This document shows positions 38,689 to 49,606 of a stretch of DNA of 50,598 nt, in pieces (position 1 is the first letter of the stretch; every line of letters starts with the position of its first letter). Source of the stretch: an uncultured Solimonas sp. GTDB taxonomy: Bacteria; Pseudomonadota; Gammaproteobacteria; Nevskiales; Nevskiaceae. The position numbers were made by a program, and so were the translations under genes. Where the stretch lies: NCBI GenBank assembly GCA_966252075.1, contig CBINNP010000001.1, forward strand, positions 1-50,598, in the 5' to 3' direction. The notes under the pieces are model-generated. The model made no database searches. It had not been told where the DNA came from and saw nothing but the letters and a program-made list of their open reading frames with translations.

Positions 38689-40527
38689 CTACTCCACCGT
38701 CACCGACTTGGCGAGGTTGCGCGGCTGGTCGACGTCGGTGCCCTTGAGCACGGCGACGTGGTAGGCCAGCAGTTGCAGCGGGATCGTGTAGATCAGCGGC
38801 GCCTGCAGCGCCTCGATGTGCTCGGGCATGGTCATCACCTCGATGCCGTCGGCCGCTTCGATGCCGGTGTTGGGGTCGGCGAAGACGAACAGATGGCCGC
38901 CGCGCGCGCGGACTTCCTGCAGGTTGGACTTGAGCTTTTCCAGCAGCGCGTTGTTGGGCGCCACGGCGATCACCGGCATGTCGGCATCCACCAGCGCCAG
39001 CGGACCGTGCTTGAGTTCGCCGGCCGGATAGGCCTCGGCGTGGATGTATGAAATTTCCTTGAGCTTGAGCGCGCCTTCCAGCGCCACCGGATAGCTCGGG
39101 CCACGGCCCAGGAACAGGGCGTGATGCTTGTCGGCGAAGCGCGCGGCCCAGGCGCGGATCTGCGGATCGAGCTTGAGCGTGTGCTCGACCATCTCCGGCA
39201 CCTGCGCCATCTGCCGTGCGTAGAGCGCGATCATGCGGCGGTCCAGCTTGCGCGCCTGTGCGATCGCCAGGCCCAGCATGCCGAGCGCGGCGAGCTGCGT
39301 GGTGAAGGCCTTGGTGGAGGCGACGCCGATTTCCGGCCCGGCGCGCGTCATCAGCACCAGATCGGCCTCGCGCACCACGGAAGATTCCGGCACGTTGCAG
39401 ATCGCCGCGGTGGCGAGGTAACCCAGCTTCTTGGCCTCGCGCAGCGCGGCTAGCGTGTCGGCGGTTTCGCCGGATTGCGAGATCGCCAGGAACAGCGTGC
39501 CGGGCAGCACCACCGGATCGCGATAGCGGTATTCGCTGGCGACCTCGACGGTGCAAGGGATGCGCGCGCCCTGTTCGAGGTAGTACCGGGCGACCAGGCC
39601 GGCGTGGTAGCTGGTGCCGCAGGCGACGATGTGGACGTGCTCGATGCGCGGAAGGATCGTGGCCGCCGCCGGGCCCAGCGCGGCCTGCAGCACGTGATCG
39701 CCGAGCAGGCGCTCCGACAGGGTGTCCGCCAGCGCGCGCGGCTGCTCGAAGATCTCCTTAAGCATGTAGTGCGCGTAGTCGCCGCGTTCCACGGCGTCGG
39801 CGGACAGCGAGGACTCGTGCACCGGGCGCTGCACGATGTTGCCGGCGCCGTCGAAGATCGTGACGCGGTCGCGGCGGATGTCGGCAACATCGCCCTCTTC
39901 GAGGAACTGGAAGTTGCGCGTCACCGGCAGCAGCGCCTGCACGTCGGAAGCGACGAAGTTTTCGCCCTTGCTGCCCAGGCCGATCACCAGCGGGCTGGCG
40001 ATGCGCGCGACGCAGATGCGGTCCGGCTCCTGCGCATCGAACACGACGATCGCATAGGCGCCCTTGAGCCGGCGCACCGCGGCCTGCACGGCAGCGGTGA
40101 GGTCGAGGCCGGCGCTGACCTGCGCGTGGACCAGGTGGGCGATGACCTCGGTGTCGGTTTCGGAGCCGAAGACGTAGCCCTGTGCCTGCAGGGCCGTCTT
40201 GAGCTCGACGTAGTTCTCGATGATGCCGTTGTGGATCAGCGCGATGCGGCCGCCGGAGACGTGCGGATGGGCGTTGGCCTCGGTGACGCCGCCGTGCGTG
40301 GCCCAGCGCGAATGGGCGATACCGAGCGAGCCGCTGCAGGCCTGCGCGCGGATCTTCTCCTCCAGCCGTACCACCTTGCCGACCGCGCGGCGCAGCGCGA
40401 GCTGTCCGTCGTCGCCGGCCAGGGCGATGCCGGTCGAGTCGTAACCGCGGTACTCCAGGCGGCGCAGGCCTTCGACGAGGATTTCGGTGACATCACGCGC
40501 CGCGATGGCGCCTACGATTCCGCACAT
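38689..40527 (-). CDS. glmS: glutamine-fructose-6-phosphate aminotransferase
   Basis: [43 protein letters not shown]. Confidence 0.98.
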   Translation of the reverse strand: MCGIVGAIAARDVTEILVEGLRRLEYRGYDSTGIALAGDDGQLALRRAVGKVVRLEEKIRAQACSGSLGIAHSRWATHGGVTEANAHPHVSGGRIALIHNGIIENYVELKTALQAQGYVFGSETDTEVIAHLVHAQVSAGLDLTAAVQAAVRRLKGAYAIVVFDAQEPDRICVARIASPLVIGLGSKGENFVASDVQALLPVTRNFQFLEEGDVADIRRDRVTIFDGAGNIVQRPVHESSLSADAVERGDYAHYMLKEIFEQPRALADTLSERLLGDHVLQAALGPAAATILPRIEHVHIVACGTSYHAGLVARYYLEQGARIPCTVEVASEYRYRDPVVLPGTLFLAISQSGETADTLAALREAKKLGYLATAAICNVPESSVVREADLVLMTRAGPEIGVASTKAFTTQLAALGMLGLAIAQARKLDRRMIALYARQMAQVPEMVEHTLKLDPQIRAWAARFADKHHALFLGRGPSYPVALEGALKLKEISYIHAEAYPAGELKHGPLALVDADMPVIAVAPNNALLEKLKSNLQEVRARGGHLFVFADPNTGIEAADGIEVMTMPEHIEALQAPLIYTIPLQLLAYHVAVLKGTDVDQPRNLAKSVTVE

Positions 40528-40654
40528 GAGGCCTGAGGCTCGCCCGTGAAGTGAAAGATGAAAGCGATTTTACGGCCTGCCGACGCCTGGCATCGCGCAT
40601 GGCCCCGAACGGCCGGTTAATATCGGTGTTACCAATCGGTACCAGACAGGGAAG

Positions 40655-41125
40655 ATGGCCATGGTCCAGCTCACCATCAACGGCAAGACACAGAATTTCG
40701 ACGGCGACCCGGCGATGCCGGTGTTGTGGTTCCTGCGCGACGAACTCGGCCTCACCGGCAGCAAGTTCGGCTGCGGCATGGCGCTGTGCGGCGCCTGCAC
40801 CGTACATCTGGACGGCCAGCCGATCCGCGCCTGCGTGACGCCGCTGGCGGCGGTGGCCGGCAAGCAGATCACCACCATCGAGGCGATCCACCAGGACCCG
40901 ACCGGCCAGGCCGTGCAGACGGCGTGGCGTGAGCTCAACGTCGTGCAGTGCGGCTACTGCCAGTCCGGCCAGATCATGGCCGCCACCGCGCTGCTGAAGA
41001 GCAACCCCAAGCCCAGCGACGCCGACATCGACGCGGCGATGAGCGGCAACGTCTGCCGCTGCGCCACCTACGTGCGCATTCGCGCCGCCATCCACCAGGC
41101 CAGCACTGCGCTGCCGACAGCCTGA
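40655..41125 (+). CDS. 2x[2Fe-2S] small subunit, IorA/aldehyde oxidoreductase type
   Basis: [27 protein letters not shown]. Confidence 0.93.
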   Translation: MAMVQLTINGKTQNFDGDPAMPVLWFLRDELGLTGSKFGCGMALCGACTVHLDGQPIRACVTPLAAVAGKQITTIEAIHQDPTGQAVQTAWRELNVVQCGYCQSGQIMAATALLKSNPKPSDADIDAAMSGNVCRCATYVRIRAAIHQASTALPTA

Positions 41126-41139
41126 GCCAGGAGCCGCCG

Positions 41140-43407
41140 ATGGGCATACACGATCGTTTCAAGGACAAGAACGCCGCCGCGGCCGCACTGCCCGGCCCCG
41201 TCAATGTCAGCCGCCGCCGCTTCATGCAGGGTGTCGGCGGCCTGGCCGTCGGCGTCTATCTGGGCGGCGTCGCCGCCTGCAAGCCGGGCGACAAGGCCGC
41301 GACCGCGCCGAGCGAGTTCGCGCCCAACGCCTTCCTGCGCATCGGCAGCGATGACAGCGTGACCGTCATCGCCAAGCACATCGAGATGGGCCAGGGCACC
41401 TACACCGGCCTGGCAACGCTGGCCGCCGAGGAGCTGGACGCCGCCTGGAGCCAGGTCCGCGTCGAAGGCGCGCCTGCCGACAAGGGCCGCTACGGCAACT
41501 CGCTGATGGGCGGCATCCAGGGCACCGGCGGCAGCAATGCCATGGCCAACTCGCATGAGCAGATGCGCCGCGCCGGTGCCAGCGCGCGGGCGATGCTGGT
41601 CAGCGCCGCCGCCGAACGCTGGAAGGTGCCGGCCGCGGAAATCACCGTCAGCGAGGGTGTGCTCAGCCACGCTGCGTCCGGCAAGACGGCGCGCTTCGGC
41701 GAGCTGGCCGAGGCCGCCGCCAAGCTGCCGGTACCCGAGCAGGTCACGCTCAAGGCGCCGAAGGACTTCAAGCTGATCGGCCGCCAGCAGCTGCGCCGTC
41801 CGGACAGCAACGGCAAGACCGACGGCAGCGCCGTGTTCACGCAGGACATCCGCCTGCCGGACATGCTGGTCGCGGTGGTGGCGCATCCGCCGCGCTTCGG
41901 CGCCAGGCTCAAGTCCTATGACGCCACGGCCGCCAAGGCCGTTGCCGGCGTCGTCGATGTGGTCGCGTTCAAGGCCACGCAGCCCGGCATGCGCGACGGC
42001 GTCGCGGTGCTGGCGAAGAACACCTGGATCGCCAAGCAGGGCCGCGACGCACTGACGCTGGAATGGGACGACGCCACCGGCATCAAGAGCAGCAGCAGCG
42101 ATCTGCTCACGCAGTTCCGCGAGCTGTCCGGCAAGACCGGCACCGTCGCGCGCAAGAGCGGCGATGCCGCCGCCGCGCTGGCCAAGGCCCCGGCCAAGTA
42201 CAAGATCGTCGATGCCGAGTACCAGTTCCCGCACCTGGCGCACGCCTCGATGGAGCCGCTGAACTGCGTGGTACAGGTGGGCGAGGGCCGCTGCGAGATC
42301 TGGAACGGCGAGCAGTTCCAGACCTTCGACCAGGGCGCGGTGGCCAGTCTGCTGAAGATCGCGCCGGAGCAGGTGACGATCCACCAGCTCTACGCCGGCG
42401 GCAGCTTCGGCCGCCGTGCCAATCCGCTCAGCGACTACGTGGTGGAGGCGGCGGCGATCGCCAAGGCCGCCTACGACCAGGGTCACAAGGTGCCGGTGAA
42501 GATGGTCTGGCTGCGCGAGGAAGACACGCGCGCCGGCTTCTACCGGCCGATGTTCCTGCACAAGCTCAGCGCCGCGGTCGACGCCGATGGCGGCATCGCC
42601 GCCTGGCAGCAGCGTATCGTCGGCGAGTCGATCATGAAGGGCACGGCGTTCGAGGCCTTCGCCATCAAGGATGGCATCGACAATGCCTCGGTCGAGGGCT
42701 CGCTGGAGATCTATCCGGCGGCCAACGTGCAGATCGAACTGCATTCGCCGGACACCGGCGTGCCGGTGCAATGGTGGCGCTCGGTGGGCCACACGCACAC
42801 CGCCTTCGTCACCGAGACCATGCTCGACGAACTCGCACACGCGGCCAAGCGCGATCCCTTCGAGTACCGCCGCGGCATGCTCAGCGAACATCCGCGCCAT
42901 CGCGGCACGCTGGAGCTGGTCGCCGAAAAAGCCGGGTGGAGCAAGCCGCTCGCCGCCGGCGCCAAGGGCGAGCGCCGCGGCCGCGGCATCGCCGTGCACG
43001 AATCGTTCAACACGGTGGTCGCCGAAGTCGCCGAGGTGACGATCAAGCCGGATGGCAGCCTGCGCGTCGATCGTGTGGTCTGCGCAGTCGACTGCGGGCT
43101 GGCGATCAACCCGGACGTGATCCGCGCGCAGATGGAAGGCGGCATCGGCTTCGCACTGACCGCGGCATTGCACAGCGCCATCACGCTGGAAGGCGGCGCG
43201 CCGCAGCAGACCAACTTCCACCAGTACCTGCCGCTGCGGATGAACGAGATGCCGAAGGTGGAGGTGCACATCGTGCCGTCCGCCGCCAACCCCACGGGCG
43301 TCGGTGAGCCCGGCGTGCCGCCGCTGGCACCGGCGCTGGCCAACGCCATCTTCGCGGCCACCGGCAAGCGCTTGCGCAAGCTGCCGCTGGGAACACAGAT
43401 CGCGTAA
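41140..43407 (+). CDS. molybdopterin large subunit, IorB type, with Tat signal
   Basis: SRRRFM, EMGQG, GTGGS, GGSFGRR, WWRSVG, QMEGG, GVGEPG. Confidence 0.93.
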   Translation: MGIHDRFKDKNAAAAALPGPVNVSRRRFMQGVGGLAVGVYLGGVAACKPGDKAATAPSEFAPNAFLRIGSDDSVTVIAKHIEMGQGTYTGLATLAAEELDAAWSQVRVEGAPADKGRYGNSLMGGIQGTGGSNAMANSHEQMRRAGASARAMLVSAAAERWKVPAAEITVSEGVLSHAASGKTARFGELAEAAAKLPVPEQVTLKAPKDFKLIGRQQLRRPDSNGKTDGSAVFTQDIRLPDMLVAVVAHPPRFGARLKSYDATAAKAVAGVVDVVAFKATQPGMRDGVAVLAKNTWIAKQGRDALTLEWDDATGIKSSSSDLLTQFRELSGKTGTVARKSGDAAAALAKAPAKYKIVDAEYQFPHLAHASMEPLNCVVQVGEGRCEIWNGEQFQTFDQGAVASLLKIAPEQVTIHQLYAGGSFGRRANPLSDYVVEAAAIAKAAYDQGHKVPVKMVWLREEDTRAGFYRPMFLHKLSAAVDADGGIAAWQQRIVGESIMKGTAFEAFAIKDGIDNASVEGSLEIYPAANVQIELHSPDTGVPVQWWRSVGHTHTAFVTETMLDELAHAAKRDPFEYRRGMLSEHPRHRGTLELVAEKAGWSKPLAAGAKGERRGRGIAVHESFNTVVAEVAEVTIKPDGSLRVDRVVCAVDCGLAINPDVIRAQMEGGIGFALTAALHSAITLEGGAPQQTNFHQYLPLRMNEMPKVEVHIVPSAANPTGVGEPGVPPLAPALANAIFAATGKRLRKLPLGTQIA

Positions 43408-43416
43408 CGCTGACGC

Positions 43417-44496
43417 GTGAACACCCCGCAGGAGTTCGCGCCGCTGCTGGCGGCGCTGCGCGGCTTGCCGACGCCGCAAGGTGCCGCGCTGGTGACGCTG
43501 ACCCAGACCAGCGGCTCCACCTTTCGCCGTGCCGGCGCGCGCATGCTGGTCTACGGCGATGGCCGGCTGGTCCGCGGTCTGTCCGGCGGCTGTCCGGAAC
43601 GCGATATCGCCGCACACGCGCAGCAGGTGATCGCCAGTGGCTTGATGCGCCGCGTGCAGTACAGCCGCCAGCACAACTTTGACGTCATGGTCGAGATGGG
43701 CTGCGGCGGCGAACTGGAAGTGCTGATCGAGCCGCTACGCCAGCCTGCTGACTGGCGCTTCGCCGAAGGCGTGGCCGCATGCCTCGCGGCTCGCGAAACC
43801 GGCACGCTGGCCACCGTGATGCGCGACGGCGCCCAGCCGCTGCAACGGCCACGCCGACTGCTGATCCATGACGCCGGCACGTACGACGAACTTGCGGATC
43901 CGGCGCTCAGCGCCGCAATCCGCTCGCGCCTGCAGGGGCTGCCGGCCGGCTTCAAGCCGCGCATCGAGATGATCGGCGATGCCGAGGTGATGCTGGAATC
44001 GCTGCAAGCGCCGCTGTTCGCGCTGATCGCCGGCATCAACGCCACCTCGCTGGCACTGGCGCGCCTGCTGCTGACGCTCGGCTGGGAGGTGCAGCTGACG
44101 GCAGGCGATGACAGCGCGCGTATCGGCGTCGAGCTGCCGCAGGGCGCGGCGTTCCTGCATTGTGCGCCGTCCCGCATCGGCGAGCTGCGCCGCTACGATA
44201 AGCGCAGCTTCGCCGTCGTCGTCACCCACAACCTGGGCCAGGACATCGAATACCTGCAGGCGCTCAAGGCGCTGCCGCTGGCCTACCTCGGGGCGATCGG
44301 CGCGCGGCAGCGTGCGGCGCGGCTGTTCGAGGGCACCGGCATGAGCGCCACGCAGCTGCGCGCCCCGGCTGGACTCGATATCGGCTCGGAGACGCCGGAG
44401 GAGATCGCGCTGGCGATCGCTGCCGAGATGCTCGCCGTTGCCAACGGCCACGACGGCGGCGCGCTCAGCGCGCACGGCGCACCGATCCACCGGTGA
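43417..44496 (+). CDS. xdhC: XdhC/CoxI family Moco chaperone
   Basis: [42 protein letters not shown]. Confidence 0.9.
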   Translation: MNTPQEFAPLLAALRGLPTPQGAALVTLTQTSGSTFRRAGARMLVYGDGRLVRGLSGGCPERDIAAHAQQVIASGLMRRVQYSRQHNFDVMVEMGCGGELEVLIEPLRQPADWRFAEGVAACLAARETGTLATVMRDGAQPLQRPRRLLIHDAGTYDELADPALSAAIRSRLQGLPAGFKPRIEMIGDAEVMLESLQAPLFALIAGINATSLALARLLLTLGWEVQLTAGDDSARIGVELPQGAAFLHCAPSRIGELRRYDKRSFAVVVTHNLGQDIEYLQALKALPLAYLGAIGARQRAARLFEGTGMSATQLRAPAGLDIGSETPEEIALAIAAEMLAVANGHDGGALSAHGAPIHR

Positions 44497-44497
44497 A

Positions 44498-45100
44498 ATG
44501 CGCTTGAGCCGCATCGCCGCCCTGCTGCTCGCCGCCGGTAACGCCAGCCGCTATGGCAGCCTCAAGCAGCTGCTGCCGATCGACGGCATACCGCTGGTGC
44601 GGCGCAGCGCCATGGTGCCGCTTGCCGCCGGCCTGCCCACCTGGGTGGTGGTCGGTGCCGACAGCGATCAGGTCGTCCGGCAGCTCGATGCGCTGCCGCT
44701 GTAGATCGTCGACAACGCCGGCTGGTCGGCCGGCATGGGCGGCTCGATCGCGCTGGGCATCCGCGCCCTGCTGCGCGCACAAGCGGACACGGAGGCGGTG
44801 CTGATCCTGCTGGCCGACCAGGCCTTGGTCGACACGGAGGATCTGCACGCCCTGTGCGCCGCCCACGCCGCCGAGCCCGGGGCGATCATCGCCGCCGACC
44901 ACGGCGAGGCGGTCGGTCCGCCTTGCCTGTTTCCCCGTGGCGACTTCGCTGCACTGAGCGCGCTGTCCGGCGCTGACGGCGCGCGCGGCCTGCTGCACGA
45001 GCAGTCTGCGCGGGTGCGGCGCCTGCCGCTGCCGCATGCCCGCTTCGACATCGACACGCCGGCCGATCTGCAAGCACTGCTGCGCCGCGCGGGGGCCTAG
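44498..45100 (+). pseudogene. mocA: MocA-like Moco cytidylyltransferase with one in-frame TAG at 44702-44704
   Basis: LLAAGNASRYG..KQLL ...LPL*IVDNAGWSAGMGGSI... LADQ, D.GAR, DIDTPAD, all in one frame. Confidence 0.85.
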
Positions 45101-46497
45101 CTTTTCGGCTTCTTGCCGGGCCGCTTCCAGGAGGCGATGGTGCGCTGCTCGCGCGGGCGCGCCAGCGTCAGGCCGCCCGGGGGCACGCTGCGCGTGATCG
45201 TCGAACCGGCGGCGATGGTCGCACCGTCGCCCACACTGACCGGCGCCACCAGCTGCGTGTCGGAGCCGACGAAGACATCGGCGCCGATGACCGTGCGGTG
45301 CTTGTTGGCTCCGTCGTAGTTGCAGGTGATCACGCCGGCGCCGATGTTGGTCCTTGCCCCGATCTCGCTGTCGCCGATATAGGCGAGATGATTGGCCTTG
45401 GCGCCATCGGCGATCCGGGCGTTCTTGGCTTCGACGAAATTGCCGATGTGCACCTCGCGGCCCAGCTGCGTGCCGGGGCGCACGCGCGCGAACGGACCGA
45501 TGCGGCAGTCGGCGCCGGCGACGCAGTCCTCCAGCACCGAATGCGCGGCGACGCTGCTGCCGGCGCCGAGCCGCACGTTGCGCAGCACGCAATGCGGGCC
45601 GATGCGCACGCCCTCGCCCAGCTCGATCTCGCCTTCCAGCACGCAGCCGACATCGATGAAGACGTCACGACCATGACGCAGCTCGCCACGCAAATCGAAG
45701 CGCTCCGGATCTGCCAGTGACACTCCCTGGCGCAGCAAGGTCTCGGCCTGACGGCGTTGCTGCAGGCGCTCCAGCCGCGCCAGCTGCAGGCGATCGTTGG
45801 CGCCTTCGACTTCATCGGCAGCGGCGCGCACCGATGCCACCGGCCGCTGCTCGGTCACCGCCATCGCGACGATGTCGGTGAGGTAATACTCGCCTTTGGC
45901 GTTGGCGTTGCCGACCCGCGGCAGCCAGCGCCGCAGCAGCATGGCCGGCGCGCTCATCAGGCCGGTGTTGATCTCGTGGATCGCACGCTGCGCCGGTGTC
46001 GCGTCCTTGTCCTCGACGATGGCGACGATCTCGCCCTGCGCATTGCGGACGATGCGCCCATAGCCGGCGGGCTCGGCAAGCTCGGTCGTCAGCAGTGCCA
46101 GCGTGTCGCGCCCGGCGTCCAGCAGTGCCTGCAGCGTGGCAGCCGGTGTCAGCGGCACGTCCCCGTAAAGGATCAGCACCTGCGCTTCGGCCGGCAGCGC
46201 CGGCAGCGCCTGCAGCACCGCATGCGCGGTGCCGAGTTGTTCGCGCTGCTCGGCCCAGTGCAGCGCGACCGCCGAGCCCGCCGCCTCCGCGTAACGGCGC
46301 GCCGCCCATTGCTGCACCTGCTCGGCACCGTGGCCGACGACCACATGCACGGCTGCAGCGCCGACGGCGGTGGCGGTGTCGATCACGTGGCCCAGCATCG
46401 GCTTGCCGGCGATCTCCTGCAGCACTTTGGGTCTGGCGCTTTTCATGCGCGTGCCCTGGCCGGCAGCGAGAACGATGGCGTGCAAGGGGCGGGTCAT
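45097..46497 (-). CDS. glmU: bifunctional GlcNAc-1-P uridyltransferase/acetyltransferase
   Basis: LAAGQGTRMKS..PK, GYGRIVR, EYYLTD, GPFAR.RP, NYDG; ATG at 46497. Confidence 0.97.
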   Translation of the reverse strand: MTRPLHAIVLAAGQGTRMKSARPKVLQEIAGKPMLGHVIDTATAVGAAAVHVVVGHGAEQVQQWAARRYAEAAGSAVALHWAEQREQLGTAHAVLQALPALPAEAQVLILYGDVPLTPAATLQALLDAGRDTLALLTTELAEPAGYGRIVRNAQGEIVAIVEDKDATPAQRAIHEINTGLMSAPAMLLRRWLPRVGNANAKGEYYLTDIVAMAVTEQRPVASVRAAADEVEGANDRLQLARLERLQQRRQAETLLRQGVSLADPERFDLRGELRHGRDVFIDVGCVLEGEIELGEGVRIGPHCVLRNVRLGAGSSVAAHSVLEDCVAGADCRIGPFARVRPGTQLGREVHIGNFVEAKNARIADGAKANHLAYIGDSEIGARTNIGAGVITCNYDGANKHRTVIGADVFVGSDTQLVAPVSVGDGATIAAGSTITRSVPPGGLTLARPREQRTIASWKRPGKKPKS

Positions 46498-46578
46498 GGC
46501 GCTGAACGGTCCGGACGAGGCGATGGGCAAGGCGATTGCGCCGCAGTTTAACGCTGCACGTGCGCTGCCGCCCCGCCC

Positions 46579-46608
46579 AAAAAGAAGGGCGGCGCTTGCG
46601 CGCCGCCC
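46579..46608 (-). terminator. intrinsic terminator after sulP
   Basis: Minus strand GGGCGGCGC-GCAA-GCGCCGCCC-TTCTTTTT. Confidence 0.75.
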
Positions 46609-46651
46609 CGAACCTCGCCGCAGCAGACGCTGCAGCCTTTCTTCGCCGTGC

Positions 46652-48202
46652 TCAGCTCAAGGCTTCGACAATCGCCCGCCGGCCGCCGTTGCTCTCGGCC
46701 TTGGCTTCCAGCGTCTCTTCGTCGATCACCAGCTTGCAGCCCGTCGACGCGGCCGTGCGCTGCCAGTCGCGCAGCAGCACCAGACAGGCGTGGTCGATGT
46801 GCGACAGACGGCTGATGTCCAGATGCACGACCGTGTTGGGCGGAACGGTTTCCAGCGCACGCGCCAGCTTCGGCACCGCCAGGAAGGTCGCGGAGCCGAC
46901 CAGCCGCAACAGGTACGAGTGCTCACCGTTCGGCTTCAGGCTCAGATGCACCGAGGCCGCCCGCAGCGCCAGACGCAGCAGCGAGATGGCGAAGCCGGTG
47001 ACGACGCCGACCAGCAGATCGGTGGCGACGATGGTGATCGCGGTGATCGCGAACACCGCCAGCGTGCCCTTGCCGTACTGCGACAGCTCGCGCATCTGCT
47101 TCGGATTGATCATCTTGAAGCCGGTGAAGACCAGGATGCCGGCGAGCGCGGCGACCGGTGTCATGCGCAGCAGCCATGGCAGCGCCAGCACGAACAGCAG
47201 CATCCAGGTGCCGTGCAGGATCGTCGACAGTCGCGAGGTGGCGCCGGCCTGCACATTGGCGGCGCTGCGCACGATCACACCGGTCATCGGCAGCGCTCCG
47301 AGCAAACCGCAGATCGTATTGCCGACGCCCTGTGCAACCAGCTCCTTGTCGTACTTGGTGCGCGCACCGTTGTGCATGCGGTCGACCGCCGCCGCCGACA
47401 GCAAGGTCTCGGCGCTGGCAATGAACGCGAACACCAATGCCGACACCCAGATGCCCGGCACCGCGAACAGCGCCAGCAGGTCCGGCCCCGGCACCTTGAC
47501 GGCAGCGAACAGGTTCTCCGGCAGATTGATGCGGTTGACGTCCAGATTGCCGAACTGCGCGACCAGCGTGACCGTGACCACCGCCAGCAGCGCGCCCGGG
47601 ATATGGCGCAGCGCATGCGGCCGCAGCTTCTCCCAGGCCAGCATGATCACGATCGTCGCCAGGCCGAGCAGAGCGGCAGCGATGCCGACGCCGTCGCTGA
47701 TCGCCGTGAACAGACGCTCCGGAAACTTGCCGAAGTTCTGCAGACCGTGCGGCATCGGCAGCGCATCGAACATCACGTGCAGCTGCGAGGCGATGATCAG
47801 GATGCCGATACCGGCAAGCATGCCGCTGACCACGGCTGGCGAGACGACGCGAAACCACACGCCGATCCTCGCCAGGCCCGCGGCCAGCTGAATCACGCCG
47901 GACAGCAGCACGACCGGACCCAGCGCGATCAGGCCGTATTGCTGGATCAGCTCATAGACCAGCACCGCCAGACCAGCCGCCGGGCCGCTGACCAGCAGCG
48001 GGGAACCGGCGAAGAAGCCGACGATGATGCCGCCGACGATGCCGGTGATCAGGCCGGTGACCGGCGGCGCACCCGATGCGATGGCGATGCCCATGCACAG
48101 CGGCAAGGCCACCAGGAACACCACGAGTGACGCCAGCACATTCTGACCGATGCCCTTGCGGAATTCGTCAATGTAGCTTGCCGGCGCTGCAGATGCGGTC
48201 AT
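46652..48202 (-). CDS. SulP/SLC26 anion (probably bicarbonate) transporter with STAS-like tail
   Basis: VALPLCMGIAIASG, SGPAAGL, ELVAQGVGN, GVIVRSAAN; ATGA-coupled to carbonic anhydrase. Confidence 0.92.
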   Translation of the reverse strand: MTASAAPASYIDEFRKGIGQNVLASLVVFLVALPLCMGIAIASGAPPVTGLITGIVGGIIVGFFAGSPLLVSGPAAGLAVLVYELIQQYGLIALGPVVLLSGVIQLAAGLARIGVWFRVVSPAVVSGMLAGIGILIIASQLHVMFDALPMPHGLQNFGKFPERLFTAISDGVGIAAALLGLATIVIMLAWEKLRPHALRHIPGALLAVVTVTLVAQFGNLDVNRINLPENLFAAVKVPGPDLLALFAVPGIWVSALVFAFIASAETLLSAAAVDRMHNGARTKYDKELVAQGVGNTICGLLGALPMTGVIVRSAANVQAGATSRLSTILHGTWMLLFVLALPWLLRMTPVAALAGILVFTGFKMINPKQMRELSQYGKGTLAVFAITAITIVATDLLVGVVTGFAISLLRLALRAASVHLSLKPNGEHSYLLRLVGSATFLAVPKLARALETVPPNTVVHLDISRLSHIDHACLVLLRDWQRTAASTGCKLVIDEETLEAKAESNGGRRAIVEALS

Positions 48203-48894
48203 CGGGCACCTCCCATGGCAGCGACACGACGCGGCGGCTCGATGTCCTGAGGGGCGTCGCCGCCATCGTTCATCAAGTACTCCTCGATCGGCACAAAGCG
48301 CTTGCGACGCTGGCAGTACGCCTTGATGGTGCCGTTCTCGATGTTGTAGACCCAGCCGTGCACGCGCACCTGGCCGGCAGCCAGACGCGCCGCCACCGAC
48401 GGATGCGTGCGGATGTGGTCGATCTGGGCGATGACGTTCTCTTCGGTCAGGGTGTCCAGATGATCGGCGGCGCAGTCGCAGGCGTAGTTGTGCTCGACGA
48501 CACGCTTGGCCACGTGCGCATGTCGCAGCCAGGCGCTGACGGCGGGCAGCCCCGGCTGCTCGTCGGACTTGGCCAGCGCCTTCATGGCGCCGCAATCCGA
48601 GTGGCCGCAGATGACGATGTCCTTCACACCCAGGGCGGTGACGGCGTACTCGATCGCCGCCGACACGCCACCGGTGAACTGCGCGTACGGCGGCACGATG
48701 TTGCCGACGTTGCGGCAGACGAACAGGTCGCCCGGATTGCTGCTGGTGAACAGCTCGGGGATCACACGGGAATCGGCGCAGGTGATCACCATCGTGTGCG
48801 GGTTCTGCGAGGCGGCCAGCTTCTCGAACAGCTCCTTACGCTGCGGATAGGTGGTGTCGCGGAATTGCTTGAAGCCCTTGATCAGACGATCCAT
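48199..48894 (-). CDS. can: beta-class carbonic anhydrase
   Basis: CADSRV, RNVGN, GHSDCGAM; ATG at 48894 with GGGAG RBS. Confidence 0.93.
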   Translation of the reverse strand: MDRLIKGFKQFRDTTYPQRKELFEKLAASQNPHTMVITCADSRVIPELFTSSNPGDLFVCRNVGNIVPPYAQFTGGVSAAIEYAVTALGVKDIVICGHSDCGAMKALAKSDEQPGLPAVSAWLRHAHVAKRVVEHNYACDCAADHLDTLTEENVIAQIDHIRTHPSVAARLAAGQVRVHGWVYNIENGTIKAYCQRRKRFVPIEEYLMNDGGDAPQDIEPPRRVAAMGGAR

Positions 48895-49054
48895 CAAATT
48901 TTCTCCCAGGCAGGGTTGATACATGAGGGTCGTCGCCGCGGCCCGCCGTGGTCACACGGCAGCGCTCGCGTCGGCAACGACACGTTAAAAAAAACGATTG
49001 AATTGGAGGAACAGGCGCCCGCGCGACGGAGCATCCGCCGCGAAGGGATCGGCT

Positions 49055-49453
49055 TCAGGCGATCGGGGGGCGCAACAGCTCGTCAGGTCGATGCGGCAAC
49101 GGCGTGGAATCGGATTCCAGCAGGATGCGCTTGGCGAAGTACACCGATGGCGCGCGGCGGGGGCCGTTGTTGGCTTCCAGTTCGTCCATCGGCGCGACGA
49201 GCTGGATGGCGCGGCCTTCTTCTTCGTATTCGCCGTCCGGCGCCTGGTCCGGGAGGGCGATCTGCTTGACTTGGCCGGCGCCTGTTTTCTGCACGGAGAT
49301 CGTGCACTGCTGCTTTGAAATCGAGCAGGCGGTGGCCAGCGAAGCGCCGGCCATGGTCGCACCGCTGACCCAGAACATGGCGAGGCTCAGCAGCAACACC
49401 CACAGGCGTGCCAGCGACGAGCGATACCACTGTCTGTGAATCGTCGAAATCAT
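49055..49453 (-). CDS. exported/membrane-targeted hypothetical protein ending in LLRPPIA (candidate leader peptide)
   Basis: Basic N-terminus and hydrophobic segment, C-x6-C, acidic linker, terminal RPP. Confidence 0.6.
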   Translation of the reverse strand: MISTIHRQWYRSSLARLWVLLLSLAMFWVSGATMAGASLATACSISKQQCTISVQKTGAGQVKQIALPDQAPDGEYEEEGRAIQLVAPMDELEANNGPRRAPSVYFAKRILLESDSTPLPHRPDELLRPPIA

Positions 49454-49561
49454 CGGTTCAGCAAAATTAGGCAGACCACTCTGACCGCATACTTTTACAA
49501 ATGTGCGATCTTCGAAGCAAATATATGGCCATGCTAAGCATGGATTTCAAGCGCATATAGC

Positions 49562-49585
49562 AAAAAGGCGCCCGACGGCGCCTTT
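49562..49585 (-). terminator. atp operon terminator
   Basis: Minus strand AAAGGCGCC-GTCG-GGCGCCTTTTT. Confidence 0.8.
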
Positions 49586-49606
49586 CTACCCTGCGTCAGT
49601 GAACGC

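Noticed and set aside
38650-38730. Tn7 insertion at attTn7
   Set aside because: No TGT/ACA end, TnsB-site repeats or tns genes seen downstream of glmS
44702-44704. Pyrrolysine or stop-codon reassignment
   Set aside because: TAG terminates bioF, comF, glmS, glmU and others; no pyl genes in the window
68-48130. Many long antisense or alternate-frame ORFs (e.g. 17407-19845, 41068-43674, 31592-33499)
   Set aside because: Shadow frames expected at high GC; they overlap well-supported genes and show no motifs
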